This document shows positions 8,301 through 17,117 of a DNA stretch of 20,000 nt, one piece after another; position 1 is the stretch's first letter, and every line of letters starts with the position of its first letter. Under the pieces are notes generated by a model. That model ran no database searches. It was given only the letters and a program-made list of their open reading frames with translations, and was not told the DNA's origin. The translations under genes and the position numbers were made by a program. The stretch comes from an uncultured virus (IMG/VR IMGVR_UViG_3300008111_000060) (lineage: Duplodnaviria; Heunggongvirae; Uroviricota; Caudoviricetes). The stretch is taken from the IMG/VR virus record IMGVR_UViG_3300008111_000060. One strand, written 5' to 3'.

Positions 8301-10989
8301 TGTAGACACTTTACATAATCCAACTAAATTCTTAGAATATGCGGCTAGAGCAGAACAAGCTTTAAGATACATTGAACAAAACAAGAGAGACCTTATTGAA
8401 AAAGCTTATAGAGAATTCTTAGATAGAATGAAGGATAATGATTTCTTTGTAGAGCTTTATAAGATGGGTGTCTTCTTAGATCAAGATGGGATGGATGATT
8501 TTCTTGATGGTAAAGTCCCATCGGCTTTTTACGATATAAGTAGTAAAAACCAAATAGATCCTCAGTCTCAAAAGTTCAAAGATATCATGGAGCTTTTTGA
8601 TAAGTATGAAAAATCTGGTGAGAAAAAGTTTACTAAGAAGCCTATAACAGATAGAAGTACTGATCCAGAAAATTTAAAATATAGTACTGCTACAAGAAAC
8701 AAAATTAATGATGATAAGAGAACACTTAGAGATCATGCTCAATATTGGGGATTTGATCCTGATTTAAGTAAATCATCTAAGGTAAATACAATAGATATTC
8801 TTAATAAAATAATTACTAGTCCATATGCTACGTCTAGAGAGAAAGAATTAGCTAAAAGATTATTAACTAAAATATCTCCACAAAGTGAAATAACATTTAG
8901 CACATTGCCTAACCCAGGAGTATTTGCTTATGATGCAGCTGGTAATGAAATAGGTACCATTATTGATCCTAGATATATGTCAGAGGATTATGAAGATGGT
9001 ACTTTGCCTATAGAAAAAGTTATTCTTCATGAGCTTATCCATGAAATTACTTCTACAAAATTAGCACAAGATCCAGAATTTAGAGCAGATATAACAAAAT
9101 TACTTGAAGCGGCAAAAGAAGCTTATAAAAAGAATCCTCCAAAAGATAAAGTTTTATATAAGAGTGCTACCGATAAAGAGTTTTATGGTCTCAAAAATGA
9201 GTTTGAATTTTTATCAGAACTATTTAGTAATGATAGATTTAAAACTTGGCTTAAAACAATACCTTATGAAAATACAGGTAAATCTTTATGGGAAGAGTTT
9301 ACTGAAAAGCTAAGAAAGTTTTTATCTAGAATGCTAGGTGTAAAAGAGAATGATACACTTTTAGATGAAGCTTTATATATTGCCACTACCTACATTGAGG
9401 GAAGAAAACCAGGTGAAGCTCCTAAATCAGAAGTTACAACATCTAAAGCTTTAACAAAAGATTCAAGTATTGAAAGCTTAAGAGAAGCTGGTTTGCTACC
9501 TAGGTTGCTTCAAGCATTTAAAGATTATGTTAATAGTGCTTATGATATGGATAATCTAGAAACACTATCTAGATTAAATCCAAGATTTATCAATGTTACT
9601 AAAGAACAATTTAATAATCTTAAAGATGATGATCTAGTAGCTGGTACAGCATTTAGAAATTATCTAGGATATACTAACCCAGGTAGAATACTAAATGAGT
9701 ATAATCGTAAAGCGGGATTATTAGCAGAACCAACACCTGAGACTAAAGCTACTACAACTCCTACTCCAACCAATTGGAATAGTCTTATAGCTAATGCTGT
9801 AAGTGAAAAAGAGTTAGATGCTGTAATGGATCAGATAGATAATCAAGGTGTTATGACACCTGAGCTTATGACTAGCATTAATCAAAAAAGAGATACATTT
9901 AAGAAGCCTGCTGAATCAACTACTACAGATGCTAGAGCTGATATAGAAAAACTAGGTAAACAAATTCAAAAATTACCATTTGATACTATTAATAAATTAG
10001 GAGGTTTATTAAAGACAAAAACTAAAGGTGCATTTAAAGAAATAGAAGATGTTGCTGATGCTGTAGCATATAGTTATTATACAGATAAAAATTCTGATCT
10101 TATAAAAGCTGTTGATGCAGAACTAGCTGCTTTAGAAGGTAAACCTGTTAAAGGTGAAACAGGCACACAGCTTACTATGGATTTAGGAGAAGCTGAAGAA
10201 CAAGAGGAAAAACCTAAACCTAGTAAAAAGAATAAGCCAACTATAGAGCAGAAAAAAGATTTAAAAGCTTTAGGATTTACTCCTAGAGATTATGCTACTA
10301 TGACTTCTCAAGAAGCAGAAGATCTTATAAATCAAGGTCTTACAAAACAAGAAATAGAAGAAAGAGATAAGGAACTTTTACTAGAAGAAGAAGAAAGAAA
10401 AAGAAGAGAAAAAGAAGAAACTGTACAAGAAAAAATAGAGCTTGTTAAAAAGATGATTGATGATGCAGAATTCTTAGAAGACTTCAAAGATATTGATTCT
10501 GAAATCTCATCTATCATTGCTGCGGATGTATTTTTTAATCCTGCAGAACTTGAATATTTGATACAAAAAAAGAAACAACAATTAGCAAAAACACCTATAT
10601 TTGAAGATATCAAAGTTAATGAAATCATTCAGCTTAATAACAAAGCAAAATATATAGTGGTGAAGGTTACTCCAAAGAATATTCAGGTTAGAAAAGCTAA
10701 TGATATAACTGCAAAAGTTTTCTCAATAAATATAAAACAATTTGATGAAACAACTAGGGATCCAAAAAAACAATATGTTACAATGAGAATACAACCAGGT
10801 GTAGAGGGGATTTCCGAATCTCCAGTTTTATCTAAAGAAGATAAGAAAACAATTGTAGATAACTTTAAAGATGCTTCATCATTTACAGATGAAGAAGAAT
10901 TAAAAGCAGATATTGCTAATGGCAAAAAGCTTACAAAAGACGAGAGAAGAAACAATATTTTAAACAACATTAAATCTTGCGGATCATGA
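5377..10989 (+). CDS. Giant virion-associated polyvalent protein with zincin-like metallopeptidase domain (1870 aa)
   Basis: HELIH at 9028-9042 with downstream YGLKNEFEFLSE (9184-9219) supplying a likely third ligand Glu. Gly/Ala-rich hydrophobic segments occur in the N-terminal third, with charged coiled-coil stretches near the C-terminus. It starts 6 nt after the preceding stop. Confidence 0.8.
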   Translation: MAETDNLGVDANQSIPSLNELQSEQMSGLVNPYSIEVSNLNLPEPPKPYPVNITSSNLIPTQSGDSDYNKLFSNITQSYQDTKWANDVAKYAKEESYNADYDGANFERYYKVGSVFKDRGFSPYRDNEEIYNKEATWFDYYKRSLGAMGDGFVSGFTDMLPWNSWSSDLTDVEAARNMERAHAIGADTRGGFGSFVNNMTVDFGYTAGILGEFAAEEIAMWAGAAFLAPESGGTSLATASAESASQFAKLKKLMDLKTYGKALSKSYDWVRNADKMKDIYSLAKSGAKGLGRGLTAAAEGLIPETFKYADELADLGKKGELVFDLAKTAKGFGALYRDARRVTAATSESAMEGGSAELAVRDRLADEIYAQGKTPTVKDWERIYAEAANAGRETFWWNLPVLFASNAIVFDKAFKGFKPMEAFREELTQGIKGKLTFNQAWKQANQKAWKRIDTDFMSTLKSLTKPETYRPKNLLKNGLNKFVNYTKANFAEGFQEVYQDAVQKTMTDYYANQFINPAIAGSRSTWGAFADNAGMLNPFGESRDTFLSGFLMGSMAHIPQAAVFEWAPKKFWQITDKEGYDRHQLDLERHTNSVVDALNAATMDERFFDAITVNGAIQFNNKKEAEEANMAGDKRNFYTITDDAIGNHLHTLISTGKLNLIKDQLEDYKQLTPEELQEAFGPIDKSQGDPETFYQNKIDNMLHKLDLVQKHTEEIEKRFPNPFNPGKYNKQTNPEAFQSELFKQKSFDEAKKAAIMSSYHFDRSVERLKSVTENLIKSQPLGEANATDFSNIVNRNNIDSAILALESEVEIYSKGDADAQKKAASASETLEDLKAVRDGIMGIQLARQMKSKEDAGVDTDKVDELKRSSKIKSGTKVLNKKGEAVVVDKTKGGYAYDKAGNRIGKTKNLTAVEEAEEDDFFDVASKELYRAYDRYLKNIARKRGGIVQQKNIDKSFQDYKDLFLLGVDMEEYADYVDTLHNPTKFLEYAARAEQALRYIEQNKRDLIEKAYREFLDRMKDNDFFVELYKMGVFLDQDGMDDFLDGKVPSAFYDISSKNQIDPQSQKFKDIMELFDKYEKSGEKKFTKKPITDRSTDPENLKYSTATRNKINDDKRTLRDHAQYWGFDPDLSKSSKVNTIDILNKIITSPYATSREKELAKRLLTKISPQSEITFSTLPNPGVFAYDAAGNEIGTIIDPRYMSEDYEDGTLPIEKVILHELIHEITSTKLAQDPEFRADITKLLEAAKEAYKKNPPKDKVLYKSATDKEFYGLKNEFEFLSELFSNDRFKTWLKTIPYENTGKSLWEEFTEKLRKFLSRMLGVKENDTLLDEALYIATTYIEGRKPGEAPKSEVTTSKALTKDSSIESLREAGLLPRLLQAFKDYVNSAYDMDNLETLSRLNPRFINVTKEQFNNLKDDDLVAGTAFRNYLGYTNPGRILNEYNRKAGLLAEPTPETKATTTPTPTNWNSLIANAVSEKELDAVMDQIDNQGVMTPELMTSINQKRDTFKKPAESTTTDARADIEKLGKQIQKLPFDTINKLGGLLKTKTKGAFKEIEDVADAVAYSYYTDKNSDLIKAVDAELAALEGKPVKGETGTQLTMDLGEAEEQEEKPKPSKKNKPTIEQKKDLKALGFTPRDYATMTSQEAEDLINQGLTKQEIEERDKELLLEEEERKRREKEETVQEKIELVKKMIDDAEFLEDFKDIDSEISSIIAADVFFNPAELEYLIQKKKQQLAKTPIFEDIKVNEIIQLNNKAKYIVVKVTPKNIQVRKANDITAKVFSINIKQFDETTRDPKKQYVTMRIQPGVEGISESPVLSKEDKKTIVDNFKDASSFTDEEELKADIANGKKLTKDERRNNILNNIKSCGS

Positions 10990-13900
10990 TTTGTAGAATA
11001 GATACATCTACTGAAGAAGGTAAAAAAGCTTTAAAAGATATAAGAATGATGGTGGCTGGTGATTTGAATGATATGGCCACTGCTAAAGATAAACCTAAGT
11101 TTGTTTTAGAAGATTATTTAAAATCAATATACGATTTTGTACATGAAAATACTATGGCTGATGTTGATGGTAAACACGGTATGGCTTTGAGCTATGCTGG
11201 TTTAGCGGCAGATGCTATTAATAAAATACAAGGTGCAGATGAAACTATAGCAGATTATTTATTTGAACAAAAGCTAAGCTTAGATAAGCTTAGAGAATTC
11301 TCATATCTCTACAAGAAAGGAGGAGACGCCGAGTTAAAATCTTTTTCAGATAAAATAGGTGTAAAAGAAAATGAAGCAGATGATTTAAGCGAAGATAATC
11401 AATCATCTCTTAATTCAACTACAAACACAGAATCCACTTCTACTTTGGGTCCTGTAGAAATAGATCAAAAAGAATTGCCTCCAGCAGATTTATCACAACA
11501 AGTTCAAAAGACTTTTAATCGATTCTTAGCAGCTAAACCTACAGTTAACTCAGATCAAGACCAAGAAGTAATTAATTGGACAGATCCTAATAATATAAAT
11601 TACAATGTTAAAGATCCTTTAAAAGAGTTCTACTTTAAAGTAAAAAGATTTTTACTAAGTAAGATATTATCACCGGCTATGGATAATGATAGCAGCAATG
11701 TTAATATTCCATATCTAAATAAGAAAGGTGTATATCTTACTCTTATGCCTATTAAGAGTTTGCCAAGAGATCAAGTGTCAAAAGATGCTGGTACAGATAC
11801 TTATAATAATGATGATTTAGTATTAGTAGTAACAGATGTGGATGGCAATCCTTTATCTTTTGATGATAAAGGAGAGTTCTCAAAAGATGGTAATATATCT
11901 TATCATTATTACAGAAAGATTTATCCACAACAAGTAGACGCCGAAGGTAGAGTAAGCTTGTATAAAGCTAAATCATCTAATGTTATAGATGATTATGATA
12001 GAGCTGATGCATTAAAAAGAAGAAGCAAACTTACACTAGAAGAAGCACAGGAAGCGATTCGCCAAGAGTTGCAAATGATTTATGATATTAACAAAGCTTA
12101 TAAGAAGAATCCTGATCTTAGATTAAGATCTAAGATAACTGGCGGAAGCTTTGGGTTTATTGAAACCAATAGTAATATCTATACTCCAATATCAGAAATG
12201 AATTTTGATTATGGAGAGTTTGCTCCTAGAGTTGCTACTATGGATAACTCTATTACTAAAGAGAAAAAAGGTTATACATATTTTGAAACTAAAGAATCTT
12301 CACCAGCAAAGATAGAAGTAATCAAACCAACCATACCTTCTATTGAAGGATTACAAGATAAAATTGTTAGCATCTTATTAGATAGATTACCAATCTTTAC
12401 AAGCTTTGGGATTAGTAAAAATATTAGTAATGCTGATAGATTAAGATACTTAAAAAACTATGTTAATCTACAAGGCACTGGTATTCAGTTTTTTGATGAT
12501 GCTAAAGATGGATCTTATAAAGTAAAGCTTCGTGGAAATACTATTTATAAATCTCTTCCTACTTTAGAGTTTGATAAAGAAAGTAATTCATGGGTAGAGA
12601 AGACTACAGATTATTTACCAGCAGCAGTTGAACAAGATAATAAAAATCAAGAAGAAGCAAGAAGAATATTAAATGAATATTTTAGCACACTTGCTCCGCA
12701 AATAGAACTTGATCCTGCAAATTTAAACTTAGAACAAAAAAGTAAAGCTATACAAGGAACAGATCCTTTTGATCCTGAAACATCTTCTAAGTTTAAACCA
12801 TTCTCACTTTTCTATAATACAGAAACAAAAAAATACTGGAGAATATCTTATCCTATTGTAAATATTAATGCCAAGGCTCTTGATTCAAATCAATTCTTTG
12901 ATGTAGATGTTGAAACAAAAGATGGTGTATTACAATTTGTAGAAAAAGAAAAGTCTTATGTAGATTTTGTAAAACAAAATTCTTTTATACATCACCCTCT
13001 TAATTCTAATAAGAGAATAGATAGCTTCAATGCATACTATGTATTTGATTATCTACCAGAGGATTTAGATAAAGTATTTAAAAAACCTGCAGTAGAAAAG
13101 AAACCAGTTATTAAAGAACCAGAGCAAACATCAAAGAGTGTAGCTGACCAAAACAATTTAAAAGGTATCGATAGTATTCTTGATAATCCAGACTTTAACA
13201 AGTTGATGGATCAGAAGAATATGAACCGCAAAGTTGTAGAGGAAAAATTAAAAGAAGCTTTAGATTGGTGGAACAATAGTCCTCTAAGTAAAACAGGTAT
13301 TAAGTTAAATGTTTTATTTGATATGGTTAATAGCAGCAATCCTAAATCAATTGCTAATATGACCTTACATAGCATTAACTTGTACAAAGGAGCTGACTAC
13401 TCTGATCTTTACCATGAAGCTTTCCATTACTTTACTCAAACCTTTTTAACTGAGGAACAAAGAACTAAGTTATATGCAGAAGCTGGTTCTCTACCAGGAA
13501 GCTTTACAGATTTCAAAGGTAAAACAGTATTGTTTGCTGATGCTAATGAAAAACAATTAGAAGAATACTTAGCTGAAGATTTCAGAGAGTATATGTTATC
13601 TAATGGTAAAAAAGCTATCACTGATGCGCCGGTTAAGAAATCTATATTCAGAAAAATATTAGACTTCTTAAATGCTTTATTTGGTGATAAATCTCTAAGC
13701 ACTATTGATGCTGAGAATAATGCTATTCAGAGTATACACGATATCTACGATAAATTAAGACTAGGTAACTTGAATGAGTATAATTTCTCAATGAAGAATG
13801 CTCCTGCAAGTTTTAGTGTGCTAGATAAAGGTGTATCCGCTTTAGATGAGAATGAGCCCATATCTAACTTAAGCTTTGAAGATTCGAAAAGAGCTGTTGA

Positions 13901-16900
13901 TATGGTAGATTCTTTATTGTCAAAGTTTATTGATGACTTTAGCGAAATAAAAAGAAACAGAGGATTTGATTCTTACAAGTGGACTAAGACCTTATTACAA
14001 AATAAAGATGGTTTAAAAGCTGGATACCAGCAAGTGTTGTTAGATATTGTTGCTATTAGAAATGGATTACAAAGTGATCTTAATAATCTAAATGAGAAAA
14101 TATCTGGCATGTCGGAGGAAGAAGCTGCAGCTGAAAATATTAATAAACAAAGATTAGAGAATCAGATTAATTTCTTTGATTGGACTATTAAAAACTTTGG
14201 TGACACAGAGAACCTTATGAATAATAGACCAGTTAAGAATGAAGAGCCTAAAGGTTTAATAGCTTATCATCAGATGAAATCTAAGATAATTGCTAAAGAA
14301 TACAAGGAAGCTTTCTTTGCTGAAGATGCTGTTAAAGAAGAAGATTTGTTCTTAAAAGGTAGAGAAGGATTTGATAGACTTGGTAATGAGGCTAGTATGA
14401 AAGAGTTGGCTTCAGAAGAGATCTTATTTATTCTACATGGTTTACATAAAAAAGATATAACAGGTAAATATACTTATGTAGAGGGAACTGAAACAGAGGT
14501 TACAGATAAAGATGGTAAAAAGAAAATCATCGGTGTACCTGAGCTACAAGATTTTGATGTTACCTGGAACATATTAGTTAAGACTTTGCAAAATACTATG
14601 AGTGCTGAGAGCATGCAGAGTAAATTAGTAAAGCTTAAAGAAAAAAGACCTGAATTACCAATAACACAATTGTTAAATAAGATTGGACCATTGTCTACAA
14701 AAGGTGTTGATGAGTTTAATATTTGGACAAACTTTTATCAGACTTTTAATAAAACAAATGTTCCATTATTACAAACAACAATTGAGCTTACAACAAAAGA
14801 TTTAAATGGTAAATCTTTATCATTTGAAAACTATGGTTATACTATTAAAGCTGTTCCTGCAACGGGTGATATCAATGCTATCAAATCAATGTGGGATTCT
14901 AATTTCCAAACCTTATCTACTCCTACAAAGTTTATTAAGAAAGATGGATTTGGAATTAATTACCTTGACTTGGCCGCTGTTATTAAAGAGTTTAAAGATA
15001 AATTACAGGGAAGAGAAATAGAGTTTTTGAATGCTATTGGTATTCAGCTTGATGATAATGAGGAGATGCGCTCTGCATTAAACAATATTAAAAAACCGGT
15101 AAATGCTATATTCAAAGCTATTGAAATACTAAATACTAATAAAAATTACAGAAGAAAAGTTACTAAGCCTAGTTTCTTTGCAAAAAAACATTTTGATCTA
15201 GATGATGATGGAAATATTAAAGTGCAAAAGATTACTTATAAGGGTAAAGAAATAGATAAAAATGTAGAACTCTTAAGTGGTGAAAGTAAAAACTTAAATA
15301 CCATTGCAGATTTACAGGCTAAGTATTCTGAAAAGTGGGGTAATTTCCAAAGAACTAATGCTGAGGGTAATACTCAATTTGAACATTCTCTTAATAGCTC
15401 ATTAAGTATAATGGTCAATGCTATTAATGATGCTAGATCATATAGAGAATTAATCTCTGCTCCTTGGATGAAACACTTAGATATTAATAGAAACTTTAAT
15501 GCTAAAGCTTCCTGGTGGTTAAAATCTATATTTGATATGGATGACTACATGAAAGGAGGAGATGGTGCTAAGTTTCCTGATAAGAGTACTAAATCAGGAT
15601 TAGTAGAATTATATCTTAAAAATTTAAGTGGTGTAGCATTTAATAAAGATGGTGTCTTTGATGAAGACAAAGGTATAGCATCAGCATCAGCTGATACTAC
15701 TACTAAGATGATTATGGATATGCACATGGTGTTATTAAATGGTGCATCAGAATTAATGCGTCATGCTGATAAAGGAACATCTTATGGTGTATTCTTATCT
15801 AGTATAAAGAAACCATATGTTGAAGAAAAAAATACTTATGTATCTACTATTGATTTTTTAAAGAGTGAAGGCGAGTTTAGCAGAGGTGATCTTATTGCTT
15901 TTCAAAACTCTGTTCTACCATCGTTAGCTGCAGAACTTAGTCGTATACAAGATTTTAGATCTAAGCAAGAACAAATAGATGATGCTAAGAAAAAAGGATT
16001 ACCTAGTCCAGTACAAAATATAGATTTTAATTACTTTAAAAGAGGTCAAGCTTTTGTAACCTTTAGAGATATGCTTACTCCAGAGATGAAGATTAAGTTA
16101 ATCAAAGAAGTAAAAGGAGATTTGTTAACCTATTTAAAATCTAATCCTCAATTAGAGAAAGAATTAAGATTAAATCTTAAACAATATTTTGATAAGGAAA
16201 CTGATAGAATTATAAAAGATCTTATTAAGATAGGTTCTAAAAACAAGAGAGGTAATATTATATCAGATAATGTGTTTGATAATCTACAAAAGAAGATACA
16301 AGAAAATCAGCTTAATGTAGATCCAAAAAGTAATGCTGCAAAAAAAGCCCTGGTTAGGACTTATGTTGTAAACACTTGGATTCACAATATGGAATCTATC
16401 AATTTAATCTATGGTGATACTGCTTTATACAATATGGCCAAAGAAGAATTCCACAAGCGTAATGCTGGTGTTTCTTCTACAGGGACTATATACAGAACAG
16501 ATAAAGATGCTTTAGATTATGTAAACACTGTTCTAAAAAGAGGATACTTATCTGAAGAAGGTATTGAAGATAAATATGGTCCATTTAATGGAACAATGAA
16601 TACCGCTGTTGTTAAAGACAATGAGATACCATCTAAGTATATTAAAATTTATGCTGAAGCTTTAATTAAAGATTTAAAAGATAGAAATAAAATATCTGAT
16701 TTAGAAGCTAGAAAACAAATATTAGGCTATGATGAGAAGACTAACGAGGTAGGAACTTATGATAAGCTTTATAAGAATGGTAAGTTACATGCTTACTATA
16801 AAATGAATGAGGGTGATGCACAAGGTTGGATTACATTAGATTCTTATAGAATACTTCTTAACCTAGAAGGACAATGGAGTAAGAGTCAAGAAAATCTTTA

Positions 16901-17117
16901 CCAAAAAATTATCAAGAAAGAACCTGTATTAGAAAAAGATGTTATTGAAACATTTCCTCCGCAGAAGCTACAATATTGGGGTCCTCTTAATACTGAGGGT
17001 TTACCTGTTAATGCTTGCCATATGTTTTCGCTATTACCATTGGTACCAAATGTTATTAAGGATACTTCTCTAGAAGATCTTCATAATAAAATGGTAAAAG
17101 TTCTCTACACAGCTTAG
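10986..17117 (+). CDS. crAss-like virion RNA polymerase polyprotein, N-terminal part (unknown N-terminal domain + zincin domain + first half of RNAP core)
   Basis: The start is better placed at ATG 10986 (ATGA overlap with the upstream TGA) than at the TTG 10977 used by the track. Zincin motif HEAFH at 13413-13427 with EEYLAE at 13560-13577. Late motifs FHKRNAG (16449-16469), EGDAQGWI (16809-16832) and FPPQKLQYWG resemble, from recollection, conserved blocks of crAss-like vRNAPs. The last codons (VLYTA*) are probably out-of-frame run-on. Confidence 0.8.
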   Translation: MICRIDTSTEEGKKALKDIRMMVAGDLNDMATAKDKPKFVLEDYLKSIYDFVHENTMADVDGKHGMALSYAGLAADAINKIQGADETIADYLFEQKLSLDKLREFSYLYKKGGDAELKSFSDKIGVKENEADDLSEDNQSSLNSTTNTESTSTLGPVEIDQKELPPADLSQQVQKTFNRFLAAKPTVNSDQDQEVINWTDPNNINYNVKDPLKEFYFKVKRFLLSKILSPAMDNDSSNVNIPYLNKKGVYLTLMPIKSLPRDQVSKDAGTDTYNNDDLVLVVTDVDGNPLSFDDKGEFSKDGNISYHYYRKIYPQQVDAEGRVSLYKAKSSNVIDDYDRADALKRRSKLTLEEAQEAIRQELQMIYDINKAYKKNPDLRLRSKITGGSFGFIETNSNIYTPISEMNFDYGEFAPRVATMDNSITKEKKGYTYFETKESSPAKIEVIKPTIPSIEGLQDKIVSILLDRLPIFTSFGISKNISNADRLRYLKNYVNLQGTGIQFFDDAKDGSYKVKLRGNTIYKSLPTLEFDKESNSWVEKTTDYLPAAVEQDNKNQEEARRILNEYFSTLAPQIELDPANLNLEQKSKAIQGTDPFDPETSSKFKPFSLFYNTETKKYWRISYPIVNINAKALDSNQFFDVDVETKDGVLQFVEKEKSYVDFVKQNSFIHHPLNSNKRIDSFNAYYVFDYLPEDLDKVFKKPAVEKKPVIKEPEQTSKSVADQNNLKGIDSILDNPDFNKLMDQKNMNRKVVEEKLKEALDWWNNSPLSKTGIKLNVLFDMVNSSNPKSIANMTLHSINLYKGADYSDLYHEAFHYFTQTFLTEEQRTKLYAEAGSLPGSFTDFKGKTVLFADANEKQLEEYLAEDFREYMLSNGKKAITDAPVKKSIFRKILDFLNALFGDKSLSTIDAENNAIQSIHDIYDKLRLGNLNEYNFSMKNAPASFSVLDKGVSALDENEPISNLSFEDSKRAVDMVDSLLSKFIDDFSEIKRNRGFDSYKWTKTLLQNKDGLKAGYQQVLLDIVAIRNGLQSDLNNLNEKISGMSEEEAAAENINKQRLENQINFFDWTIKNFGDTENLMNNRPVKNEEPKGLIAYHQMKSKIIAKEYKEAFFAEDAVKEEDLFLKGREGFDRLGNEASMKELASEEILFILHGLHKKDITGKYTYVEGTETEVTDKDGKKKIIGVPELQDFDVTWNILVKTLQNTMSAESMQSKLVKLKEKRPELPITQLLNKIGPLSTKGVDEFNIWTNFYQTFNKTNVPLLQTTIELTTKDLNGKSLSFENYGYTIKAVPATGDINAIKSMWDSNFQTLSTPTKFIKKDGFGINYLDLAAVIKEFKDKLQGREIEFLNAIGIQLDDNEEMRSALNNIKKPVNAIFKAIEILNTNKNYRRKVTKPSFFAKKHFDLDDDGNIKVQKITYKGKEIDKNVELLSGESKNLNTIADLQAKYSEKWGNFQRTNAEGNTQFEHSLNSSLSIMVNAINDARSYRELISAPWMKHLDINRNFNAKASWWLKSIFDMDDYMKGGDGAKFPDKSTKSGLVELYLKNLSGVAFNKDGVFDEDKGIASASADTTTKMIMDMHMVLLNGASELMRHADKGTSYGVFLSSIKKPYVEEKNTYVSTIDFLKSEGEFSRGDLIAFQNSVLPSLAAELSRIQDFRSKQEQIDDAKKKGLPSPVQNIDFNYFKRGQAFVTFRDMLTPEMKIKLIKEVKGDLLTYLKSNPQLEKELRLNLKQYFDKETDRIIKDLIKIGSKNKRGNIISDNVFDNLQKKIQENQLNVDPKSNAAKKALVRTYVVNTWIHNMESINLIYGDTALYNMAKEEFHKRNAGVSSTGTIYRTDKDALDYVNTVLKRGYLSEEGIEDKYGPFNGTMNTAVVKDNEIPSKYIKIYAEALIKDLKDRNKISDLEARKQILGYDEKTNEVGTYDKLYKNGKLHAYYKMNEGDAQGWITLDSYRILLNLEGQWSKSQENLYQKIIKKEPVLEKDVIETFPPQKLQYWGPLNTEGLPVNACHMFSLLPLVPNVIKDTSLEDLHNKMVKVLYTA

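Noticed and set aside
10977..10985. TTG start at 10977 for the RNAP gene
   Set aside because: The in-frame ATG at 10986 forms a canonical ATGA stop/start overlap and is more plausible.
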